A stretch of 60,213 bases of DNA, filler included. It is 8 parts of 8 records of this genome, joined end to end, with 100 filler letters (N's around TTAATTAATTAA, not from the genome) between each part and the next. Parts side by side here need not be neighbours in the genome. Positions count along the whole stretch, not along the records: positions 1 to 7,572 come from DRR723986_26407; positions 7,673 to 13,850 come from DRR723986_26408; 6 more parts are not named here. The stretch is one strand, 5' to 3'. Below are positions 1-7,851 of this stretch, in pieces. Position 1 is the stretch's first letter, and every line of letters begins with the position of its first letter. Under the pieces are notes generated by a model that did not search any database, was not told the origin of the DNA, and saw nothing but the letters and a program-made list of their open reading frames with translations. The translations under genes were made by a program, and so were the position numbers.

Positions 1-32
1 AAGCGGTCCGCCCCTTACCTTGAACGTTAGAC
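1..32 (+). repeat. attC site, 3' part (truncated by contig start)
   Basis: Core GTTAGAC at 26-32 is the reverse complement of GTCTAAC at 824-830. Confidence 0.8.
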
Positions 33-67
33 CTCCAATTCGCCCATCTGCGTAAGCGGCCAAATTT

Positions 68-808
68 ATGACCATTCCAAAGGTTTTCGTTTCGTACTCA
101 CACGACTCCCAAGCGCACAAGAAGTGGGTTTTAGAACTGGCGACCCGATTGCGAAAGGTTGGCGTTGACGCCGCGCTCGATCAATGGGATCTAGGGCCGG
201 GAGATGACATACCGCTCTTCATGGAGCGGAATTTAGCGAGTGCCGATCGCGTCATCATGGTTTGTACGGAGAAGTATGTTGAAAAGGCCAATGCCGGAAC
301 GGGAGGCGTCGGATACGAGAAGATGATCGTTACCGCTGACCTGATGAAGAAGGTCGATTCCAACAAAGTGATTCCAATTGTCCGCCAGGAAGGAACCCAC
401 CTAGTTCCCATGTTCTTGAAGTCGAAGCTGTATTTGGATTTCTCGCGAGAGGATCAGTTTGAGGAGTCGTTTGACGATCTGACGCGCTCCATTCATAACG
501 CCCCGTTGTTCGTGAAGCCGGAGATTTCAACAAGTCCGTTCGAACCAGTCGCAGGAGCCGCCAAACGTAGCGGAGATGCCTTGCTAGAACTAATGTCCCT
601 TCTCATGGCCGCCTTTGAGATGAAGCGTGATGGCGGCTACATACCCTACAAATACGTTGCAGAGCGTTGGCCTGGCTCGCGGGCGATGCTGGATATTCTT
701 CTAGAGCAAGCCAAATCCGACGGTCTCATTACGGCAATAACGCCTGCGTATATCGACATTACATTGAAGGGCAAGATGTATGCGGTTGAGAACAAGCTTG
801 TCGAGTAA
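68..808 (+). CDS. SEFIR/TIR-domain protein with a probable C-terminal winged helix (cassette 1)
   Basis: KVFVSYSHDS..HKKWVLELATRLR..GVD..LDQWDL..GGVGYE is a TIR/SEFIR signature. Confidence 0.85.
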   Translation: MTIPKVFVSYSHDSQAHKKWVLELATRLRKVGVDAALDQWDLGPGDDIPLFMERNLASADRVIMVCTEKYVEKANAGTGGVGYEKMIVTADLMKKVDSNKVIPIVRQEGTHLVPMFLKSKLYLDFSREDQFEESFDDLTRSIHNAPLFVKPEISTSPFEPVAGAAKRSGDALLELMSLLMAAFEMKRDGGYIPYKYVAERWPGSRAMLDILLEQAKSDGLITAITPAYIDITLKGKMYAVENKLVE

Positions 809-823
809 CTTACTCACGCGTTT

Positions 824-892
824 GTCTAACCCGGCAGTCAACCGGACGCTGCGCAATAAGGCTGCGCAGCGCCGATTACTTCTACGTTATGT
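824..892 (+). repeat. attC site
   Basis: GTCTAAC...GTTATGT, 69 bp, internal hairpin GCTGCGCA..TGCGCAGC. Confidence 0.92.
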
Positions 893-1094
893 GATTTCTC
901 AGAATTGCAGTTTCATTAGAATTTGGTTATAAGTTGCCTAGGTTGACTATAAGGTTTTGTGGCTATTAGCCACTACATGGACCGCCAAGGTTTGCTACTT
1001 CCAAATAGGGCGGTATAACGCAAAAAGTAGCAAAAGTCTGGACGACCCTTGCCTTGGTATGTAAAGACTTGGGTCAGTTATTTACGGAGTAGCT

Positions 1095-1226
1095 ATGGCG
1101 AAAAAGTGGGTAACAGGTTCAGCAGGTCTGTCTGTGAAATACAGGGACTTTGAGTTAAAGCTCTCTCTGACCCTGGGGCTATCAGTGGTAGCCTTTTTGT
1201 ACTTGTTGCAATTATTTTTGATGTAG
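1095..1226 (+). CDS. 43-aa small membrane peptide (cassette 2), candidate type I toxin
   Basis: GGAG at 1086-1089, ATG at 1095, MAKKWVTGSAGLSVKYRDFELKLSLTLGLSVVAFLYLLQLFLM, tandem TAG TAG; too short for the ORF track. Confidence 0.7.
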   Translation: MAKKWVTGSAGLSVKYRDFELKLSLTLGLSVVAFLYLLQLFLM

Positions 1227-1280
1227 TAGTCAGATCTAGTGGCGTATTCAGTTCGGCTGGCGCCACGCCCTCTTTAAATC

Positions 1281-1340
1281 ACATAACAATTCGTTCAAGC
1301 CGACGGAGCTATGCGCCGCTGCTTAACTCAGACGTTAGGC
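1281..1340 (+). repeat. attC site
   Basis: ACATAAC...GTTAGGC, 60 bp; similar to the attC at 5028-5087. Confidence 0.92.
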
Positions 1341-1374
1341 CTCATAGCTCGGCAGGCACATCCGAAGACGTTCC

Positions 1375-2184
1375 ATGACAGCTCAAGCTTTCGTAGACGA
1401 TAGCGGCGGGAAAGGCCAAAGCAGGAACTTTGTGCTGGCCGGCTTAGTTTCAGACTCAGAGCGATGGGCGGCCTTCTCTCGAGAATGGCAAAGCTGCCTA
1501 GATCAATATCCGCGAATCGCCGTCTTCAAGATGCGAGAAGCTGCCTCTCGCACTGGAGCTTTTCGTCGGTTTACTGAAGAACAAAGAGATAGCCGCCTGC
1601 GATCACTAGCGCAAGTCATCAATCGATACGCTGAGTTCGCCATCTGGACGGCTATCGACCTTGAAGCACACGCGCAAACGTGGGCCAAGCTGGAAAAGCC
1701 GAAGTCAGAAGTCTATTTCTGGCCGTTCCACACATTGATTCTCGGCACCTGCTTTGATCTGTGGGAAGAATGTAAGTGGAGAGAGCCCTTCGAGATCATC
1801 TTCGATGAACAACTTATCTTTGGCGAGCGAGCACGCAAGTGGTATCCACTTATGCGAGAGATCGTCCGGATTAAGTATCCCGAGGAATTCGCAATCCTTC
1901 CAGCGGAGCCGATGTTCCGAAAAGACGATGAGCATCTGCCGATCCAGGCGGCCGATTTGTGGGCATGGTGTCTTCGCAAGAATTCGGACGACCCTACAGC
2001 GGGGTCATTTGAGTGGTTACTGGAAGAGATGCAAAACGTCAGTCAGTCGCACTACTGCAACTACTATGACCTGGAGCGAATGAAGAGCGTGAGCGAAGAG
2101 TCATTTCGCATAGCTAAAGCGGGGGAGATTCCCCCAGAACTTTTGCCGCTCTATCAGTCGATCGCTCGTCAAAAGAGAGGCTAG
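1375..2184 (+). CDS. DUF3800-like (RNase H-fold) protein (cassette 3)
   Basis: N-terminal AFVDDSG, FVLAG, central IIFDEQ and C-terminal IQAADL motifs. Confidence 0.75.
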   Translation: MTAQAFVDDSGGKGQSRNFVLAGLVSDSERWAAFSREWQSCLDQYPRIAVFKMREAASRTGAFRRFTEEQRDSRLRSLAQVINRYAEFAIWTAIDLEAHAQTWAKLEKPKSEVYFWPFHTLILGTCFDLWEECKWREPFEIIFDEQLIFGERARKWYPLMREIVRIKYPEEFAILPAEPMFRKDDEHLPIQAADLWAWCLRKNSDDPTAGSFEWLLEEMQNVSQSHYCNYYDLERMKSVSEESFRIAKAGEIPPELLPLYQSIARQKRG

Positions 2185-2194
2185 TGACGATGAG

Positions 2195-2263
2195 GCCTAA
2201 CCCTTCCATCGAGAGGACATGCCCCGGCAAGCCGGGTCATGCCTCTCATGTCAAACGTTGGGC
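2195..2263 (+). repeat. attC site
   Basis: GCCTAAC...GTTGGGC, 69 bp; nearly identical to 2718-2786. Confidence 0.93.
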
Positions 2264-2281
2264 ATCACTAAGGAGACGCAT

Positions 2282-2716
2282 ATGAAGCGCGTAGAACTCG
2301 AAGACTTGTCGCGATCGCATGGCTCGGCAAAGGTCGCCGTGAATCACGCAATCCAATGGCTCTCTGCCTTACTTTCGAAATCAAGCTTTAGTGTCAAAGC
2401 AGGCGGGCTCGCATACCGAACGATGCGCCGCGATCTTCCGTATGTGATCCACGACACGAGCCTTCCCGGCACACAAATCTTGGTCAATCGGCACTACAAG
2501 CCTGTTGGTAGCAACGTTCCGGCATCTGGCCCTAATGCTATCTACGAAGAGTTCACGAACCTACACGTTCAGTTGGGTCCAGAACAGATCCTTGCAGTCG
2601 TTAGTCCGCCCCATGAGCGCGGATTGTTTGGCGATGGCAATGCACCGTGGCACTCAAAATCAAATGCCAAGGCCTACTTAGAGCGGCTCAAGAAGCTCGA
2701 GGCCTTGTTGCAGTGA
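2282..2716 (+). CDS. Hypothetical protein (cassette 4); start moved to ATG 2282
   Basis: AAGGAG precedes ATG 2282; the track start at 2219 lies inside the attC. Confidence 0.75.
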   Translation: MKRVELEDLSRSHGSAKVAVNHAIQWLSALLSKSSFSVKAGGLAYRTMRRDLPYVIHDTSLPGTQILVNRHYKPVGSNVPASGPNAIYEEFTNLHVQLGPEQILAVVSPPHERGLFGDGNAPWHSKSNAKAYLERLKKLEALLQ

Positions 2717-2717
2717 T

Positions 2718-2786
2718 GCCCAACCCTTCCATCGAGAGGACTCGCCCCGGCAAGCCGGGTCGAGCCTCTCATGTCAAACGTTATGC
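2718..2786 (+). repeat. attC site
   Basis: GCCCAAC...GTTATGC, 69 bp. Confidence 0.93.
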
Positions 2787-2800
2787 GCCACGGGGGAGAG

Positions 2801-4420
2801 ATGCCAGACCGGAAACCGTATAGATACCTAAACACTCTACTTGCAAAGGCCGAATACAGGGATAGCGATTTCAGAGATTTTCTGAGCGCAGACGCACGAG
2901 TCACTCAGTTGGAGGTTCTTGAGCAGCATGACTTCGACGGTGTTCTGTACATAAAAAACTCCCAAGAAAAGCGACCGCGTTGGGCGTTGCTAGTAGATGC
3001 AATCGTCGGTAGGAAAGTAGACCAGCTTTCAAATAAATCGAGCTCCGCAGTACTGCTTCTTCGCGTTGATGGCAAGGTACTGGCGTTTACCTTTGGCTAT
3101 GGCCGGTTTCTACTTAACACAGGGTGTTTCGAGCAAGAATTCGGACTAAAAACGGCGCTGAATACACTTAATCATCAGAGCTTACGCAGCGTTGATCTTC
3201 ACACGCTCGAAGATCAGCCAATTCAAAAGAAATCTCAAGCTACCCGTGGCTCGGAAGCCAGTGTATTTGGCGTTGACATATTCCGGGATGTGCTTCGCGC
3301 AGTTACTGGTTCACCAAGAACGGGAGTGGGATACAAGAACATTTCTGGGGGCGACGCGATCTACTCCTTTGGTCTAGAAATGTTGGTGGAGGAACTTCCG
3401 AAAATCGCCTCCGATATTCTCGGCTATTATGAACTCGAGCTTTATAAAGATTCGTTTGGCTGGGTGGACAACATTAGGCGTGTGAAAGACGCAGCATCGA
3501 TTTCAGCTTTGGATGACTCATTACTTGAAGCAGTTAAGGTTCGGGATGCCGCAATCGTTGTCACATTGCCTGAGATTATTGAGTGGGACTCGGTGCTTGG
3601 TTTCAGTTTCACTCGTTCCAAGCGTGAGTTATCACCGACAATCGATACTGGCAAGTATCTTGAGAATGTTGATTCAGACTCTGTGTCTATCGAGTCCCTT
3701 CGTCGAGACCGTCTTTATATCACAGACATACACGATAACGAGTTCGGCCACTCGATCTACAACTGTCTGTACTTTGAGTTAGAAGGTGACGATACCAAAA
3801 ATGTGATTTTTGGCGGAAATTGGTACGAGATCGACAAGTCTTTTATGCGTGGCATTGATTCTATCTTGGCCTTAATTGATCTGAGTGATATCGCATTTCC
3901 CACTGTCGAAACCTGGGTGGAAGACGATAAGCATAAGATCGAATCAGAGGGTGACTACAATGCGCGGGTAGCCGATCACTTAGGTTGCCACTTGTTGGAT
4001 AAGAAGCTTGTGAAATGCTCAAAGACTACGTCGCCTATCGAACTGTGCGATCTTCTGACGATTGAGAAGCAGCTGATCCACGTCAAGCACCGAAAAGGCG
4101 GCTCTGCCGGTCTAAGCCATCTTTTTGCACAAGGCAGCGTATCGGCAGAGGTTATGCTTGGCGACAGAGTATTTAGAAAGGAAGCGAGAAAGGTCTTGCG
4201 CCGCGTTGATCCTGATGCGTGTGAGCTTGTTCCAATCGACGGATTGACAAGCGCCGACTATGAAGTCGTATTTTTGATCCTTGGTGACGCAAATGCCAGC
4301 GTCAAAGGGAATCTTCCTTTTTTCAGCAAAGTAAATTTGACACGTGTATACGAAAATCTTTCGCAAAGGGGCTATTCGGTCAAGATTGCAGGAGCCGAAA
4401 AGGTTGCGCGTGGCGTATAA
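2801..4420 (+). CDS. TIGR04141/DUF6119-like sporadically distributed protein with a possible C-terminal nuclease motif (cassette 5)
   Basis: FTFGYGR..FGLKTALN..GNWYEID..SEGDYN..IELCDLLT..LIHVK..LSHLFAQG..LPFFSKVNL motifs; GGGGAG before ATG 2801. Confidence 0.75.
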   Translation: MPDRKPYRYLNTLLAKAEYRDSDFRDFLSADARVTQLEVLEQHDFDGVLYIKNSQEKRPRWALLVDAIVGRKVDQLSNKSSSAVLLLRVDGKVLAFTFGYGRFLLNTGCFEQEFGLKTALNTLNHQSLRSVDLHTLEDQPIQKKSQATRGSEASVFGVDIFRDVLRAVTGSPRTGVGYKNISGGDAIYSFGLEMLVEELPKIASDILGYYELELYKDSFGWVDNIRRVKDAASISALDDSLLEAVKVRDAAIVVTLPEIIEWDSVLGFSFTRSKRELSPTIDTGKYLENVDSDSVSIESLRRDRLYITDIHDNEFGHSIYNCLYFELEGDDTKNVIFGGNWYEIDKSFMRGIDSILALIDLSDIAFPTVETWVEDDKHKIESEGDYNARVADHLGCHLLDKKLVKCSKTTSPIELCDLLTIEKQLIHVKHRKGGSAGLSHLFAQGSVSAEVMLGDRVFRKEARKVLRRVDPDACELVPIDGLTSADYEVVFLILGDANASVKGNLPFFSKVNLTRVYENLSQRGYSVKIAGAEKVARGV

Positions 4421-4513
4421 CAACATGTTGCAGGTGACGTTGGACCCTTTGGCCACTTTTGCCAACGCAAAAGCGGCCGTCGCCTCAAACGCACCTGAAC
4501 ATGGGCGTTATGT
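4415..4513 (+). repeat. attC site
   Basis: GTATAAC...GTTATGT, 99 bp; CATGTTGCAGGTG pairs with CACCTGAACATG. Confidence 0.88.
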
Positions 4514-4545
4514 AGTTTCGAGTTCAACGCATTTGGAGGAAACTA

Positions 4546-5022
4546 ATGGCACGCAAACCTAAGGTTCTCGGCCTTGATGGGAAGTACCACCCTGCTGACT
4601 GGTTCTTAGGGCAAGATGGCAAATACCACGCGCCCGGTTCATTCTTAGGTCTTGATGGGCAGTATCATCCGAAAGGCCATCAACTCGGCCTTGATGGGAA
4701 GTATCACAAGCCAGGATCTACTCTCGGGCTTGACGGCAAATACCACGATAAAGGGACCACCCTAGGGCTTAACGGCCAATACCACAAACAGGGTGAGGTG
4801 CTAGGCTTAGATGGGAAGTATCACCCTAAAGACCATGTCCTAGGCCTTGACGGACAATATCATCCAAGGAGCAGCACACTCGGAATGGATGGCAAGTACC
4901 ATCCTCCCGGTTATTTCTTAGGTGTGGATGGCAAGTATCACCCTCCAGGTTACTTCTTAGGTGTGGACGGCAAGTATCACCCTCCGGGATCTATCCTCGG
5001 AGTGGACGGCAAATATCATTGA
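4546..5022 (+). CDS. 13-aa tandem-repeat protein, 12 LGx(D/N)GxYH motifs (cassette 6)
   Basis: GGAGG RBS; 7 aa + 11 x 13 aa + 8 aa = 158 aa. Confidence 0.88.
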   Translation: MARKPKVLGLDGKYHPADWFLGQDGKYHAPGSFLGLDGQYHPKGHQLGLDGKYHKPGSTLGLDGKYHDKGTTLGLNGQYHKQGEVLGLDGKYHPKDHVLGLDGQYHPRSSTLGMDGKYHPPGYFLGVDGKYHPPGYFLGVDGKYHPPGSILGVDGKYH

Positions 5023-5027
5023 GAGCC

Positions 5028-5087
5028 ACATAACAATTCGTTCAAGCAGACGCCGCTTCGCGGCGCGACTTAACTCAGCCGTTAGAC
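5028..5087 (+). repeat. attC site
   Basis: ACATAAC...GTTAGAC, 60 bp. Confidence 0.92.
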
Positions 5088-5090
5088 CTG

Positions 5091-5423
5091 ATGATCTTCG
5101 CCGTGTCTACCGACGATCGCTCGTTAATGACCTTCGCAACCGAGGCTGACGCAGTCGGGTACTGCGAGGGCCTGGATGTGGAGGCCGCAATTTGGCTGTT
5201 CTGGGACAACCGCGGTGAACCGCTGGAGCCGCACTTCTCGGTCCCGAACAAGCGGGGATTCTTTGGCGTGGTGAATGGGGTCTACTCTCTTGTGCCTGCG
5301 GGCCCCGACCACCACGCGGTGCTAGACGAAGCACTCGAAGAGGTTCTCGCGTTCGAAGGCTCCGCCCCATTCAATTCCGCCGAGGGCATTCGGTCTTACC
5401 TCAGAGGGCAACGCGTTGAGTAA
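5091..5423 (+). CDS. Hypothetical protein (cassette 7)
   Basis: 110-aa ORF starting 4 nt after the core site and filling the cassette. Confidence 0.7.
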   Translation: MIFAVSTDDRSLMTFATEADAVGYCEGLDVEAAIWLFWDNRGEPLEPHFSVPNKRGFFGVVNGVYSLVPAGPDHHAVLDEALEEVLAFEGSAPFNSAEGIRSYLRGQRVE

Positions 5424-5479
5424 GGCATGGTGCGCGCTGAGCGGGCTCCTGTTGGTCGCCGGTCACCTCTACGTTAGAC
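5424..5479 (+). repeat. Degenerate attC (3' half only)
   Basis: GCCGGTCACCTCTACGTTAGAC resembles the 3' ends of attC 824-892 and 6344-6430; no inverse core upstream. Confidence 0.65.
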
Positions 5480-5482
5480 AGC

Positions 5483-5821
5483 ATGGAAATCACTGACCTA
5501 TCTGCCATCGAGCAAGACTCATTGTTGCGCACCCTGAATTATTGTGTTGCCCAGTGGGATTTGGAATCTCCAACGCTATTTAGTCTTGAACAAAGTGATT
5601 TTCAAGCACTAATTAGCACGTGGCCACAATGCATCGCTCTCCAAGAAAAAACCGCTGCATTGGCAGTCGTCGGTGGGCTTCGGGAAATACTGTATGGCTC
5701 TGCGGTAAAGAGCGAGGCAGTAGCCAAGTTAATCGGCATTAGTCACTCCGAGGCATGCGTACTGCTCGATCGTTTGTTGCCACGAATTGATCGCGCTTTG
5801 GGCCAAGACAATGCTGTCTAA
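5483..5821 (+). CDS. Hypothetical protein (cassette 8)
   Basis: 112-aa ORF with its stop inside the inverse core GTCTAAC. Confidence 0.75.
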   Translation: MEITDLSAIEQDSLLRTLNYCVAQWDLESPTLFSLEQSDFQALISTWPQCIALQEKTAALAVVGGLREILYGSAVKSEAVAKLIGISHSEACVLLDRLLPRIDRALGQDNAV

Positions 5822-5906
5822 CATTACGGTCAAAGCCGTTCCGGCCTGCAGCCTCCACTTGACGCTGCACGATAAAGCGAAGCTCCCTTTACCTACAACG
5901 TTAGAA
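5816..5906 (+). repeat. attC site
   Basis: GTCTAAC...GTTAGAA, 91 bp. Confidence 0.82.
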
Positions 5907-5908
5907 CT

Positions 5909-6343
5909 ATGACTGATCGCGAACTCACACACTTTTACGGCATAACCGCCATTGTCATTACAGTGGCTATAGCACTCTTCCAATCCCAGCGAGTACGCTC
6001 GTGGTTTTTCATCACATTCAACTCGTGGCGCTCAACCAAGAAGGAAAAATTCAATGCCCGTATCCAAGCGCGCATTGACCTTATCTCCGAGCTAGCGGCT
6101 TCGCCCGCAAAAGCCCAAGCCTATTTCTTCGCGAAGGCATTCATGCTCCTTTTGTTTTTCCTTGTCGTTTTCTTTCTTTCAGTAATGCTGCTTCTTCGTG
6201 CAGAAATCATTGTCAGCACAATCGGTTTTTTTGGTTTTTGGGCTTGGCTTCTCGTTTCAGCGGGTGAACCGTTCGACGTGGCAGTGAGGTTACGTAACCC
6301 CGAGAAGGCGCTTGCGTGGCTTGAAAGCCAAAAGAAGCCATAG
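5909..6343 (+). CDS. Hypothetical membrane protein, about 3 TM helices (cassette 9)
   Basis: 144 aa with three hydrophobic stretches. Confidence 0.75.
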   Translation: MTDRELTHFYGITAIVITVAIALFQSQRVRSWFFITFNSWRSTKKEKFNARIQARIDLISELAASPAKAQAYFFAKAFMLLLFFLVVFFLSVMLLLRAEIIVSTIGFFGFWAWLLVSAGEPFDVAVRLRNPEKALAWLESQKKP

Positions 6344-6430
6344 TTCTAACATGGCGCTCAACCTCGCTCCCTCCGGTCGCTGGACGCTGCGCGATAAAGC
6401 CGCGCAGCGCCGGTTAGCTCTACGTTAGTT
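6344..6430 (+). repeat. attC site
   Basis: TTCTAAC...GTTAGTT, 87 bp. Confidence 0.9.
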
Positions 6431-6437
6431 TGCTTTG

Positions 6438-6809
6438 ATGGACTCTCGTATCTTGCACATTGCGATGGGGCGTGCCCTTAAGACGGTGGCATGGGACAAC
6501 TCTGGCCAAAGCGAGTACACGCTGGTCGGCGACGGCTTATCGATTGATGTGGGCCAGTTGCAGTTTTTGATCAACGAGAGGTTCGAAGCACAGGTGCTTT
6601 GGCTATCCACTAGTAAGCATGAAGCCTGTTCTTTCCTACGTGAAACGGCAGCGAAGAGACTTGCAGCTATTGTCTCGGCGGGCCGTGCAGTGACCATCTG
6701 CGACGAGAAAATCAATAGGTTCCTTCAGATCAATCCCATTGGCGTCGCCCGTACTGGTACGGCGCAAGCTAACTATTCATTCAAGCCGACGCCTTCGGCG
6801 CGGTCTTAA
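6438..6809 (+). CDS. Hypothetical protein reading into its own attC (cassette 10)
   Basis: ATG at 6438; stop at 6807-6809 lies inside attC 6767-6823. Confidence 0.65.
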   Translation: MDSRILHIAMGRALKTVAWDNSGQSEYTLVGDGLSIDVGQLQFLINERFEAQVLWLSTSKHEACSFLRETAAKRLAAIVSAGRAVTICDEKINRFLQINPIGVARTGTAQANYSFKPTPSARS

Positions 6810-6823
6810 TTCAAACGTTAGGG
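6767..6823 (+). repeat. attC site
   Basis: AGCTAAC...GTTAGGG, 57 bp, CGCC-TTC-GGCG apex. Confidence 0.88.
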
Positions 6824-6829
6824 CTATAA

Positions 6830-7480
6830 ATGACTTCCACTGACGAGCTAGTCGCCCAGATCGAGCGTGTCCTCGCCAAGTTTCCGAAGGTTGCGGATTC
6901 TTGGAGGACAGACAGAACCCTTGCTGGGTTCACGGACACGGTTGCTTTTTCAGCACTTCGCACCGAGTGCATTGCCCTGGGATCATTTATCTACGGAGCT
7001 CGCCATCCGCAGGCCCGCATGATCGCCAATACCATTTCGCACGAGACGCTACACCATCTGCAGAGCACGGAAGGAATCCTGCGAGGCACCATCGAAGCTA
7101 TCAGGCATGGCCTACTGTCAGAGTTGCGAACCCAGGTTTTGCTAGATATCAAAGCAGACTTCATAGAAGCAGGATCCAATGCGCTGCAGAGTGGCGCACT
7201 CGAAGTAGCAGCGGTTCTGGCGGCTGTGGTGCTTGAAGACTCCACAAAGAGGCTTGCTGAAAAGCAGGAGCTGAGCAGCGCGCTCAATCAAGAATTCAGC
7301 GTCGTGGTCGTGGAGCTATTCAAGTCGGGTGCAATTACGAAAGGAACGAAGGGTGTACTCCTAGGCTTCAAGGACCTAAGAAACGCCGCCCTGCACGCGC
7401 AGTGGAAAGAAGTCTCACCAGAAGCTGTTCGAGGTCTACTGCAGTTTCTGCCCATGTTTATGGAGCAACACGGTGTATAG
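6830..7480 (+). CDS. HEPN/DUF4145-like protein (cassette 11)
   Basis: AAVLAAVVLE helix and an R-x4-H motif (RNAALH) near the C-terminus. Confidence 0.72.
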   Translation: MTSTDELVAQIERVLAKFPKVADSWRTDRTLAGFTDTVAFSALRTECIALGSFIYGARHPQARMIANTISHETLHHLQSTEGILRGTIEAIRHGLLSELRTQVLLDIKADFIEAGSNALQSGALEVAAVLAAVVLEDSTKRLAEKQELSSALNQEFSVVVVELFKSGAITKGTKGVLLGFKDLRNAALHAQWKEVSPEAVRGLLQFLPMFMEQHGV

Positions 7481-7549
7481 CCCTAACAACAGGCTGCAGT
7501 GGGACGTCCTCGCCTTCGGCGAGGCCGCCCCTGAGCCTGGGCGTTAGGC
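7481..7549 (+). repeat. attC site
   Basis: CCCTAAC...GTTAGGC, 69 bp; the next cassette ORF starts at 7560 and is cut by the contig end. Confidence 0.92.
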
Positions 7550-7572
7550 ATCGCAAAGTATGAAGCTCGGTG

Positions 7573-7672
7573 NNNNNNNNNNNNNNNNNNNNNNNNNNNN
7601 NNNNNNNNNNNNNNNNTTAATTAATTAANNNNNNNNNNNNNNNNNNNNNNNNNNNNNNNNNNNNNNNNNNNN
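7573..7672. other. Artificial contig linker (N-run/TTAATTAATTAA/N-run); identical linkers at 13851-13950, 22574-22673, 28094-28193, 39180-39279, 45888-45987 and 51625-51724
   Basis: Identical 100-nt spacer with a six-frame stop 12-mer; composition and gene content change abruptly across each one. Confidence 0.99.
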
Positions 7673-7785
7673 CCAAGCGCAGCGCGAGCCGGGACCGGGG
7701 AGGCACAGCGCCGAATGATAAGTCTCCATCGGAAACACCTCGGCTCTCCGGTCCCGGATCTCCGCTTCGCTGCGTCCGGGATGAC
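7673..7785. repeat. REP/RIME-like inverted pair
   Basis: CCGGGACCGG pairs with CCGGTCCCGG, followed by ATCTCCGCTTCGCTGCGTCCGGGATGAC. Confidence 0.55.
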
Positions 7786-7851
7786 GAAGGTAGGTTTTTT
7801 TAAAACAAACGGGCCGGTTTCCCGGCCCGCTCTTTTTTCTGGACACTCTGA

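Larger units (their letters stand above)
1..7572 (+). mobile_element. Integron gene-cassette array (11 complete cassettes, no intI/attI in the contig)
   Basis: Co-oriented single ORFs, each followed by an imperfect palindrome bounded by an RYYYAAC-like inverse core and a GTTRRRY-like core. Confidence 0.95.

Noticed and set aside
2219-2800. ORF-track starts at 2219 and 2771
   Set aside because: Both fall inside attC sites; RBS-supported starts are 2282 and 2801.
4567-5019. 39-bp periodicity as a possible CRISPR array
   Set aside because: It is an in-frame coding repeat with synonymous variation and no unique spacers.
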